64,000 nt of DNA from IMG/VR virus record IMGVR_UViG_3300024999_000085. The stretch is one strand, 5' to 3'. The notes below the pieces were generated by a model. It was not told where the DNA came from. It did no database searches and worked only from the letters and a program-made list of their open reading frames with translations. Positions within the stretch are counted from its first letter, which is position 1, and each line of letters begins with the position of its first letter. Position numbers and translations under genes: made by a program. Below are positions 43,758-53,607 of this stretch, piece after piece. Origin of the DNA: an uncultured virus (IMG/VR IMGVR_UViG_3300024999_000085) (taxonomy: Duplodnaviria; Heunggongvirae; Uroviricota; Caudoviricetes).

Positions 43758-43957
43758 ATTTTAACCACCTTTTAATTATACTATATTTAATTAAATATAG
43801 TATAATACATAATAAATATAATTGTCAACACCCAAATTAAAATATTTTGATAACCATATGTCCAAAATATCAACTTTGAATAAAAACTATATTTTGTCAT
43901 GTTTTGGCAAAAATAAAATCCTTGATTTTCAAGGGTTTTTAGGGTGCTGTTATACTG

Positions 43958-44194
43958 TTACACTTCCTCATATCTTATAATATTTTCAATCCCTCCCATA
44001 CTTTTAATTATATACTGAATCGCTCCTTCTAATGTGTTAAAATATCTATTATCGTCTGTTGTGTATCCTCCTTCTTCACCTCCTAAGTAATATTCTGAAG
44101 GGTGTACTTCCATGATTAACTCTTCTGATTCTATTTGTAAACCTTCTGATATTTCATATTCGTCAATTAAATCCTGAATAGTTAAGTTTTCCAT
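43958..44194 (-). CDS. highly acidic small protein
   Basis: E/D-rich, AGGAGG RBS. Confidence 0.75.
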   Translation of the reverse strand: MENLTIQDLIDEYEISEGLQIESEELIMEVHPSEYYLGGEEGGYTTDDNRYFNTLEGAIQYIIKSMGGIENIIRYEEV

Positions 44195-44234
44195 ATGTTA
44201 TATTACCTCCTGTTATAGATTAATTTTAAATTTT

Positions 44235-44274
44235 CTGGCAGGAGGTTTTTAACGGGTATACCTCCATAAACCGT
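44235..44274 (-). ncRNA. H-type pseudoknot motif, copy 2
   Basis: ACGG TTTAT GGAGGT ATA CCCG TTAAAA ACCTCC TGCCAG. Confidence 0.6.
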
Positions 44275-44292
44275 AAACCGTAAAACAAAAAG

Positions 44293-44538
44293 TTAAATTA
44301 ACCCTAACAAACTACCAGGAATTCCATCTTTTGACTCATATCCCTGCACTAAAGCCTCATAAACTTCTTTTTCTGTGCATAATACAGAAAAGGCAATCCA
44401 AACAGGTTTTTGTGCCTCCCATGATCCAGTAACTACTGTAAAGGTAAAATCTGTAAAAACTATAACTGTTCTTGAATCGTTGTAGGTGTTTTCTGCAATT
44501 TCACCGGCTAATTTCTGGATTTTTTCTTTTAATGTCAT
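44293..44538 (-). CDS. hypothetical protein
   Basis: start moved to MTLKEK after AGGAGG. Confidence 0.7.
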   Translation of the reverse strand: MTLKEKIQKLAGEIAENTYNDSRTVIVFTDFTFTVVTGSWEAQKPVWIAFSVLCTEKEVYEALVQGYESKDGIPGSLLGLI

Positions 44539-44615
44539 AGGTGTATTACCTCCTATTAATTTAATCTTTCGCATATCCTCACCAGTCATAAAACATAATG
44601 AGGATAAACCAGAAA

Positions 44616-44942
44616 TTAAATTTCTACTATATATTCTTCTTCCTGTTCCCATTGTGATCCTCTGTGTTTATTAACTTCTTCCCTAATCTCTGACAGTGTT
44701 TTCTCAATAAATTCCTCAGCCTCTTCAGGTGTTAAAAATCCCTCCTCAACATAATAGGTTGAATAATGATACTGGCCATCATCACCGGAAAGATCAACTT
44801 TCATAAAATTATTACTATCTACATCATGCCTAAAGATATTGGCCGTTGGAATCTCTTGGTTAATTTCCTTAACCTCGATACGCGCAACAACGGGGCAAAC
44901 TCTGGTAAAATCGTTAAACTTCTTTACTGTTAATTCTATCAT
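44616..44942 (-). CDS. acidic hypothetical protein
   Basis: GGGAG RBS. Confidence 0.7.
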   Translation of the reverse strand: MIELTVKKFNDFTRVCPVVARIEVKEINQEIPTANIFRHDVDSNNFMKVDLSGDDGQYHYSTYYVEEGFLTPEEAEEFIEKTLSEIREEVNKHRGSQWEQEEEYIVEI

Positions 44943-46750
44943 GTGTATTATCTCCCTTCGGCTTATAGCCGTTTATTATTTTAATTCTACCTGTTATCAC
45001 CTGTTATAACAATATACAAGCACAATTAAGATAATATTTAATGTTGCCTTGCTAACAATTAACACATAGTAACCATTTAAGGTATTGCTTCCATATTTAG
45101 ACTATTTACTTTAACTCTGCAATCCCGCCCGCGAGTGTTTGGGAAGTTTGTTTCCAGTAAATTGCTAATGATGGCTATTCTAGTTAATTGTTAGCTGGTT
45201 TCTATGTCTGGTTTGACTCTGTTAAACTTTTAAATCGGTAAGCTGTTATTACTGTTATTCCCTACTACATAAGATTGTATTAAATGTAGATGTCTATTAT
45301 TATTTTTCTGATTCTGTCAACCTTCTCACCTCCTGCACACTGTTATAAAAAACCAGTGTATTGAGTAAGGCCAACTTGTTATATTACCATTGCAACAAAT
45401 AGACAAAAATAATAGTAAATACAATAGAACGAATATAATAATTAAGTATCTTATGTAGTCAGAATTAAAGGTTTCTGTGTACCTTTTTGTAAGTTGTTAT
45501 ATGTCCTTACAGTAACATTTTTAAGGTGTTATATGTCCTTAATACGTTTATACTCTCTATAATATCCCTCCTTTTTATTTTAACCCTAGATTCAAGGCTC
45601 TAGTAACCTTTTAGGCTCATTTAACTTGCCTATAGCTTTAACGATTTTTTACGGTTATCGTCCAACGTATTCAATATATTATTTTTTGTTTCTATAAAAT
45701 ACCTCCTATTTATTTGATTTTTAACTCCCCATAGTACCTTCGCCATAGTAAATATATGTATTATGCAAAGGATTTTTACAAGTATTGCTGTTAAGGTGAA
45801 GCATACCTACCCTTCTGATTGTTCCATTAAAAGGAATTCCGTTTTAGGCTCTGAGGGTTAGAGACTACCAGTTAATATAAATGTTAGAACGAATAAAGTA
45901 TATAGCCGAAGGACTATTTTATATAGTTGTGTGACAACTGGATTTATTTATTGTTGTTTGTTTCCGTTTTGAAGTTAACTTATTCTATCATAATTAAATT
46001 AGTATGTCAATACTATTTAGATAATTATTTTTACTTTCTTGCTTAAATTTTTTACTGAGATAATAACTTTCAATACTTTTAATACTCCCAGTGACCTTAA
46101 TCAGTTTAATTTTCCTTACATTCTATCTAAAATCAATTATAAAACCTCTGACAGTCCCATACAGCAAATGCAGGTATAATGACACCTAATTCAATTTTTA
46201 ACTGCATTGTGGCCGATTCTGAGAAGGTGAATTTATAGATATGAGGTAAATGAGCAAAAGAATAACCGCTAACAATGGCGGTTAAACTTGTTTATTGACT
46301 TCTTTTTCCTCTAAATACCATTTTAATATTGTTTCGTATGGCAGTTTATTTAGTTCCTCTAATGTATATCTAGTTTCTTTAAGTAAATATTTTAATATTT
46401 TATCCCTTTTAATTTCCATGTGTTCAGCCTCCCATAAAATTAATTTTTAATACTATGTATTTACTATTTATTACCCTGCAACCTTTCCCTTAATTCCTTC
46501 TCACTTATTCTCCCAGCAACAAACAATTTAATTAAATTTAGATTAGGCACTTGATCAACTCCTTTCTGACTGGCTGAGATTGTTATAAATTTGATTGGCT
46601 ATGTAGTAAATACAGTATAGCAAATTAGTTTTCATTTGTCTACAATTATTTTTATAATTTTGTGTCTGATGTGGTGGTGCTGTTATAGCTGTTATAGATT
46701 ATTTACAGAAATAAAAAGTGGAAAAATATATAAAAACTAGTTTTATTCAG

Positions 46751-46954
46751 CTAGTTTTTATATATTTTTATTATTAAGCATTTACCTTCTTTTATTTTTT
46801 GTCTAGCTTCTTTTGCTGAGAAGGCCAATACTTCAACTATCTTTTTAATACCATCTTCAACACAGCCAAAAGTATAGAGCATATCATATTTACCTTTAAG
46901 ATTCATACAAGCACCATTTTTCCTTTTATTTAATATTATTATAGGATTTAACAT
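46751..46954 (-). CDS. hypothetical protein
   Basis: AGGAGG RBS. Confidence 0.5.
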   Translation of the reverse strand: MLNPIIILNKRKNGACMNLKGKYDMLYTFGCVEDGIKKIVEVLAFSAKEARQKIKEGKCLIIKIYKN

Positions 46955-47140
46955 TTTAAATAGCCTCCTATATTTTGTTATTTTTATTTAAACCAATTTA
47001 AGTAATACTTACATTTATTAACTATTATATACTGACCAAAGGTATCCGTTAAAATTTGAGTAGTAAACTTTTGATCGTCTACTACTCCTGACACAATATC
47101 ATTTTTAATGTCATAATTTGTTATAACCACATTTTTGTAT

Positions 47141-47425
47141 TTAAACTGCATCTAAACAACTCCTTAATTTTCTGATTGCTACATAAAATCCTATATAGTT
47201 ATTTTTTGCGTATTTTTTAATTTTGCTAGTATAGGTATTTGTAAAGCAAGTAGTAATAATTATATTATTTTTAGTGTCGATTATGACATATAGATCATTA
47301 TATGTATATTTTGTTAAATTGTTTTTGGCTGGTGTTGAAGTTCCCAACTTGACACAATTATAAACGTCCTGTAGGGTAATAATACGTTCGGTCATACGTT
47401 GTTTTGCGTGGGTTGTTAGTGTCAA
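47141..47425 (-). CDS. DUF4258-domain protein
   Basis: LTTHAKQRMTERIITLQDV...G...IIITCF; TTG start after AGGAGGTG. Confidence 0.75.
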   Translation of the reverse strand: MTLTTHAKQRMTERIITLQDVYNCVKLGTSTPAKNNLTKYTYNDLYVIIDTKNNIIITTCFTNTYTSKIKKYAKNNYIGFYVAIRKLRSCLDAV

Positions 47426-47534
47426 GCTGTTCACCTCCTGAGCAGTAAAATTATATTGATAACAGTATATCAAATCGGCCTTGAAATGTCTATAGTTTGG
47501 AGATAAATTATTTGAGTTTTTTATATTTACCTTT

Positions 47535-47550
47535 TGTTCCACGTGGAACA
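47535..47550. promoter_or_regulatory. parS site
   Basis: perfect palindrome TGTTCCACGTGGAACA matching the Spo0J/ParB consensus. Confidence 0.85.
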
Positions 47551-47583
47551 CTGGGAAAAAGAAAAACCTGCTAAATTAGCAGG

Positions 47584-48027
47584 TTAACTTTTAAATCTTA
47601 TTTGATTTAAATCTCCTCTGACTTCCCAAGATATAACTTTTACCAAATGTAGTTTTTGGAGTATGGTATATAATTCCTTTCTGTTTATAAATTTAAATTC
47701 TTTTTCTAACCCTTCTATTTCAATCGCTGTAGCTGTTTTATAAATAGAAGTATTTTTATATATAAGTAATATAATGTTAAATACTTCTATACTGCTAATT
47801 TCTTCTGTAAATTTTATTCTTTTATCTATTCTTGAGGCTGCATAATTTACTATGTTTTTTCTATCTCTTTCGTTTTCTAATATTACATATTCATTTTTAG
47901 GGATAATATTTCTTATTGCTGTATATCTTTTCAATTCCTTTTGTTGCCATTTGCTGTTATAAATATTTTCTAATGTGTTCCTTTCATAAATCCATTCTGC
48001 ATCAAGAGGACAACTTTCTAAATTCAT
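47584..48027 (-). CDS. hypothetical protein
   Basis: RBS, promoter, terminator. Confidence 0.7.
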   Translation of the reverse strand: MNLESCPLDAEWIYERNTLENIYNSKWQQKELKRYTAIRNIIPKNEYVILENERDRKNIVNYAASRIDKRIKFTEEISSIEVFNIILLIYKNTSIYKTATAIEIEGLEKEFKFINRKELYTILQKLHLVKVISWEVRGDLNQIRFKS

Positions 48028-48236
48028 TCGCTACGCCTCCAATAAATAAAATCATAACTAATTATATTCCTATTCCTTCAATATGTCAACAAAAAACATA
48101 AAAATTTTGTTTGAACAAAACAATACTTTTATCATGTTTTTAGAGGTAAATTAGTGTATATATTTATATAGTTATGTATAAGTTTATCTAAGTATTTTTA
48201 TGGTATTTTTACAAAGAAAAAGAGCCATTTTAGGCT

Positions 48237-48587
48237 CTACATTAATTCTTCTACCTTTTGCATTATTTTTAAGATTCTATCATCTAGATCTGCCATTTCA
48301 TAGGCTTTTTCTAGTTTTTGCATAACATCAAGTAAAATACTTTTAACTTTTTCTTTCTTTTCACAGTTTAGAATTTGTAATACTTTTTCCATTTCTTGCC
48401 CCGCTTCTTCCCTAGTGTCAAATGGTCTTAATTGATTTTTATTCCAACTGGTATAAATAATTTTATCTATTTCTTTGTTTTTGGCTCTTGTAATACTTGA
48501 GCCATTTTGACAACTAACAAGAATATGAAACCAATCGCCTATTTTTTCCACCCATACTTTAGGCATTTTAGTATTTATATTTTTCAT
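48237..48587 (-). CDS. hypothetical protein
   Basis: RBS, terminator. Confidence 0.75.
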   Translation of the reverse strand: MKNINTKMPKVWVEKIGDWFHILVSCQNGSSITRAKNKEIDKIIYTSWNKNQLRPFDTREEAGQEMEKVLQILNCEKKEKVKSILLDVMQKLEKAYEMADLDDRILKIMQKVEELM

Positions 48588-48741
48588 TTATAAAGACCTC
48601 CTAAAATTAATATAATTTTCCCGTTGAATAAGTATAACATAATCGTGTTTAACTGTACAGATATTTTTAGTAAATTTATAGGGTTTATTATTTTTATTAT
48701 CTCTTGTATCAGACAAAAGAAAAATCCTTCATATTGAAGGA

Positions 48742-48993
48742 TTAATCAAATATTCTTAATTCCCATTTACTATTATCTGGAAAACATGAATCTTTTAATT
48801 GTAATCCAAACTTTGTAATATCTTCTTTCTGCTTATTTACCCAATCTTTAGCTTTTTTAATTAATTCCTGTTCGGTATCTCCGCTAATATATTGATTTTG
48901 TACCCTACCATCGTAATAAATAGCACCTGTAAAATATTCACCGCCAATTATAACTCCGTTTACTTCTTCTATTCCTTTATGTGTTCCATGCAT
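48742..48993 (-). CDS. hypothetical protein
   Basis: RBS, terminator. Confidence 0.7.
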   Translation of the reverse strand: MHGTHKGIEEVNGVIIGGEYFTGAIYYDGRVQNQYISGDTEQELIKKAKDWVNKQKEDITKFGLQLKDSCFPDNSKWELRIFD

Positions 48994-49087
48994 GTAATAA
49001 CCTCCTTAGAAATAATTTAATAATACTATTATAAACGATGCACTCAGTTAATGCAAGCATTTTTTATTAATTATTATATTCTTAATT

Positions 49088-49103
49088 TGTTCTACGTGGA
49101 ACA
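49088..49103. promoter_or_regulatory. parS site
   Basis: TGTTCTACGTGGAACA (1 mismatch). Confidence 0.75.
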
Positions 49104-49917
49104 TTAAACACTTTAACAAAAAACAACAAATTAACATACAATCTAATATATATTTATGTAGTTTTATACAAGTATTTTATGATAAATAATCAGTAAACAA
49201 TCAATAAATTATAATAATCAGTATATCTAACTTTATCTAATTATCGTCATAGCAAGCCATTTCAGGAATTGAAGGTGATTTGTATGTAGAATGGATTTAA
49301 TGAGGCTTAAAATTGATTGTGGGAAGGTGAATAGTTGTTTTTGTTGTGTTAGAATTGAGTTGTGACAGGATAAGAAGAAGGATAATGAGAAAAAATAAAC
49401 CCTATCTAATAGAGTTTAGAATTTACCTACATTTGCCATTGTTACCCAAAAGATATAAACAAAAATTGACGGGATACTTGCAATACATAATATTTATCTC
49501 ATTCAACTTCTTTTTATTTTATAAAATCCATATTTAAAATACTGTTTCTAATTCGTTGCAATCTTCATCAATCAGAATAACATTAAATAAAGTGCCATAT
49601 TCTTCCTCATAACTAAAACCTTCTTGAATAGCTTCTTCATGAGATTCAGCTTCATATATTGCCATTTGACACTCATCTTCAAATAATGCTTTATATAACA
49701 TTCGTTCAACCTCCTAAAACTTAATATTATATTACTATCTATATTAACATAGAGTAGTTTATATTACAACTATTATTTTTATTTTCTTTAATCAATTTAT
49801 CCGGTCAATACTAGTCAGAACACAAAAACAAAACACCTATAAAATAAGGCTTTTCAGTCTCCATTTTCTGTACAAAATCGCTGTTTTGTCATGAAATTAA
49901 AATAACCCCAATTGGGG

Positions 49918-50118
49918 TTATAATATTTCTAAGTATTGGCAATATTCACCGGAATATTTATTGTATAATTTTGTATCCTGCATGGATTTATAATTTCCTT
50001 CCTGCTTACATTGGATTAATAAAATTATCTCCTTTATTGATGCTTTTGCATCGGCTCTAAGGGTAAGCATTTTTTGTTTTAATTGTTTGGCCTTTTTGGT
50101 TAGTTCCGTTTTAGTCAT
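49918..50118 (-). CDS. basic hypothetical protein
   Basis: RBS, promoter. Confidence 0.7.
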   Translation of the reverse strand: MTKTELTKKAKQLKQKMLTLRADAKASIKEIILLIQCKQEGNYKSMQDTKLYNKYSGEYCQYLEIL

Positions 50119-50447
50119 TTTGTTGACCTCCTATAGTTTTTATTATATTTTGGTTCTGTATATAATTATACTGATTTTTAGGATAAAGTAAAGCATTATT
50201 TTTATATTTATTATCTTTAATTTTATAGCTGATACTGAGCAATTAAGATCTACTTATTACCTGTCACAAAACAAGCTATAATAAGATATAACAAGCAAGT
50301 TAATAAAACAGGTACATAGACACATAAAAGATAATTAGTAAGCTAATAAGCCATTGTAAGGACATATAGAGAGATATATAGACACATAATAAAACCCTGT
50401 TAGCTTAACTAGATTTAACTAGCTACTAACAGGGTTTTAAGTTTAAT

Positions 50448-51281
50448 TTATACTGCCATTCCGTTTTTAAGTTGTCTCATACCGTCCGCTAAAATCCATA
50501 GAGCCTTATTTAGTTTAACATTATTATCTATACTTTTAACTTCTCTTGTCGTTGTTCTTGAACCATTTGCAGTTCTACCCCTCAAACCACCTCTTAATAA
50601 ATTTTCCTGTATGCGGTTAAAATTTGACCATACATCGGTATTTCTGTCTGCTATTCTTCTAGTGCCTAAAAGCTGATTTGGAGTGATAGGTGCTTCATTT
50701 TCATCATATTTCAGGCTTAAAGCTGCTGTAGCAAATATTTTCTGCTCGGCTGGTAATAACAGTGTAGACTTCATATTGTCAATGCTTTCGGTCACTGTTT
50801 CAAAGTCATCTACAATTGTATAGGCTGCATCAATAACATTGTGGATAATATTACCTTTGTGTCTTACTCTTATATCTTCTACAATATCCCCAGTGACCAT
50901 GCCATTTTGACATACAAACCGGAAACAACCTGCCATCATTTGGTAACTGCTTGTTCCGTCATGTGAATTGATAAGAATAATCTCGTTGGCTTCTGCCTTT
51001 TCGATTTCTCCTGTTTGGCGTAACCGTAACATATGCTTGGTGAATTCTGATTTACCTTCAATTCTACTTCTTGACTGTGCCACAAAAAACGGCTGAAAAC
51101 CTTCTTTTCTTAGGCCGTCTAATACGTCAATGGTCGGTATATAGGTATAACGGCTTGAGCGTGATTCGTGAGCCTCATTTGCGAATATACTTGGTGCTAT
51201 TCTGTAAAGTTGTGAATTATCCAAAGGTGCAGGAGACCTCAAAGCGTTACTATTCTTACCAAATCTTGTTGCTAATGCCAT
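50448..51281 (-). CDS. DUF932 (DUF945)-family protein
   Basis: APSIFA..AHESRSSRYTYIPT, KHMLRLR, NSHDGTSSYQM, FRFVCQNG, FNRIQENL, LNKALW. Confidence 0.9.
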   Translation of the reverse strand: MALATRFGKNSNALRSPAPLDNSQLYRIAPSIFANEAHESRSSRYTYIPTIDVLDGLRKEGFQPFFVAQSRSRIEGKSEFTKHMLRLRQTGEIEKAEANEIILINSHDGTSSYQMMAGCFRFVCQNGMVTGDIVEDIRVRHKGNIIHNVIDAAYTIVDDFETVTESIDNMKSTLLLPAEQKIFATAALSLKYDENEAPITPNQLLGTRRIADRNTDVWSNFNRIQENLLRGGLRGRTANGSRTTTREVKSIDNNVKLNKALWILADGMRQLKNGMAV

Positions 51282-51305
51282 AATAAAAACCTCCTAAAAT
51301 TTATA

Positions 51306-51324
51306 TTTAATTTTCAAAGAATTC
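51306..51324 (-). promoter_or_regulatory. rrn-type boxA-like element
   Basis: TTCTTTGAAAATTAAA in the leader of DUF932. Confidence 0.55.
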
Positions 51325-51524
51325 TTTCAAAGGTATCCGTTCAAGGTGTTTTATGTATTTCTTATTGTGCTAGTACCTATTATATCAGATTCCACAAGTA
51401 TGTCAATACTATTTTGATAATTATTATTTTAATAATCTTTTATATTTTGCTGAGTAAAAAAGGACAAAATAAAATCCCTTATTGATTTTACCTTTTTAGG
51501 CTATCAATAAGGGATTAAGTTAAT

Positions 51525-52001
51525 TTAAGCTAATTTTTCGGTTAACAGGTTTATATGGTTTTTGTGGATTAAACCAGCTTGCAGATCCTTGATTAACTCT
51601 TCTTTTAATTTTGCAAAATACTTATCTAACGTGGCAACAATCTTTTTAGCATTTCCTTTTGTCTTTCTAAAACTTAAATTTCTACGATCAAATGCCATAT
51701 GAGGGTTAGCAGGTTTTAGTAGATAACTTTTACTATCTATTTCCATCCTTAGATTCTCAGGGACTTCTGACATTTCATTGATATTTTTAAAAGCTCCTTT
51801 ATCAGTGTCAATTGAAAATCTGATTCTAAATATATCGTTTTCCCAATATCCATTGTACAACTCTGTTTTATCTCCTGCAAGATGACAGTCTATAAAAATA
51901 GAACTGTATAAATTCGTTGATAGTTTAACAAAGCATTTACTTAATGGAAAGTGTTTGTTGTAGGTATTTTCAATTTGCTGGATTAATTCATTAATTTTCA
52001 T
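51525..52001 (-). CDS. hypothetical protein
   Basis: RBS, promoter, terminator. Confidence 0.75.
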   Translation of the reverse strand: MKINELIQQIENTYNKHFPLSKCFVKLSTNLYSSIFIDCHLAGDKTELYNGYWENDIFRIRFSIDTDKGAFKNINEMSEVPENLRMEIDSKSYLLKPANPHMAFDRRNLSFRKTKGNAKKIVATLDKYFAKLKEELIKDLQAGLIHKNHINLLTEKLA

Positions 52002-52027
52002 GTGTGAAGACCTCCCAATATATTATA

Positions 52028-52046
52028 TTTAGTTTTCAAAGAGTGC
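52028..52046 (-). promoter_or_regulatory. rrn-type boxA-like element
   Basis: GCACTCTTTGAAAACTAAA in the leader. Confidence 0.6.
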
Positions 52047-52486
52047 TTACAATATGTAAAAAATAATGTGTTCCGTTTGCTGATATTAATTATATCAAAT
52101 TCAATAAATATGTCAATAATTATTTTTACATTCCTTATTCAATATACAGCATCAATTTTATTTACATATGTTCATTATATCCCATAAACACCCCACTATA
52201 AACCTTCCCAACCTCAATTAATTTCCACATACTACCAATTATCTAGCAAAATAAATAATTACTATATCCAATTATTTTATAATTTTGATGATTTTTTATC
52301 TAATTATTGCTGTAGGAGGCTTTTTGGTAGTGTAGGAAATTGAGAGGTAGTAAGGGGAAGGGAATTAGGTTTTTTGTTGGTGTATGGGGATTGTGTGGAG
52401 TTGTGGAGGGATTGAGGAAGGGAATAAATTTTGTTGGAGGAATAGAAGGGAAAAGGACAAAAAATAAACCCTCTTGTTAGAAGGTT

Positions 52487-52921
52487 TTAAGCGGTTATTT
52501 TATCATCCTTATTAACAAAATCCCATAATCCCTTTTCTACTACGATCCAAGCTGGGATATACTTTTTATCATCCTGTCTAATTATTAGGCTGTCTGCAAT
52601 CCATTCTACATATTCTCTGTAGCCAGATCCATGTAAATGATTAGTTCCGGTAATAAAACCTATTGCCTTTTCGGTTACTCTATCACATTTAGCAACTAAA
52701 GCATAATAGGCTTTTTTAGTAGCTTTTCTGGTCTTAGTAGTTTTTTTAATTTTATACCCTTCAACAAGTGCTCTAGCTTCTCCCTGACTGATTTTATCAA
52801 ATTCTTCTACTGGTATTAATTCGCATTTATCGGCCATACGGTTATAATATTCTCTGTCTTCTCCGTCAGATTCATCAGCAAATTTTAAAAACTTTTGCTT
52901 GATTAATTCCTTAGATGCCAT
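52487..52921 (-). CDS. hypothetical protein
   Basis: RBS, promoter, terminator. Confidence 0.75.
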   Translation of the reverse strand: MASKELIKQKFLKFADESDGEDREYYNRMADKCELIPVEEFDKISQGEARALVEGYKIKKTTKTRKATKKAYYALVAKCDRVTEKAIGFITGTNHLHGSGYREYVEWIADSLIIRQDDKKYIPAWIVVEKGLWDFVNKDDKITA

Positions 52922-53454
52922 TTGTAAAACCTCCTTATTAACTTAAAAATATGTATACCTTCTATATATAATAGCAAAATTAAGGCTGAATAGCAATAGT
53001 ATTTTGATAGATTATTATATTTATTTTTCTTGGTGTTTAAGGTATTTGAGCAAAGAAAAAACACCTTTTAACAGGTGTTTAATATTCACTAATTTTTATT
53101 TCTACATTGTGTAAGTCTGCACATGGCCTATAAGATTGAATTCTTTTTAATACGTTGTCAATATTGTTCGCTCTTCTTTTGCTCATAAAAAATGTCAATT
53201 CACATTTCGGCACTTGGATTTTAACTTTTTCAATTTTCATTTGAGCAACCACCTTTTTAATTAATTTAGTTTTTATTATTTTACTACTTTATAGTATTCT
53301 ACATGGAAAAGAAAAATCCTTTTTTATTTAGAAATTATTTTTAAATTTTATGAATAATTTTAAAGGATTATTTGTTCGGATACATTCAAAGCAACAAAGT
53401 AAAATAAAAAGTTAACATTTGTTTACTATATATCGTGTTTTCTCGATATTGTAA

Positions 53455-53495
53455 TATTGAATTATTGTAATATATCAATATTACAATAATTCAAT
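53455..53495. repeat. AT-rich inverted repeat
   Basis: TATTGAATTATTGTAATA...TATTACAATAATTCAATA. Confidence 0.7.
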
Positions 53496-53607
53496 ATACA
53501 TTTATTACCTACTATTAATTCATCAATTCCCTACATAATTTCATAACTATAATTTATGATTATTTCCGGTAATATCCATATTGATATGATGTTGAAATGA
53601 AAAGTAT

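Larger units (their letters stand above)
29168..43828 (-). promoter_or_regulatory. family of about 12 sigmaA promoters with a CAATTATAT-type motif overlapping the -35 box
   Basis: + strand ATATAATTG(T/C) or close variants at about 29168, 30276, 34442, 35965, 36401, 38755, 39755, 40262, 41152, 42118, 43376, 43816, most with a TATAAT-like -10. Confidence 0.75.
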
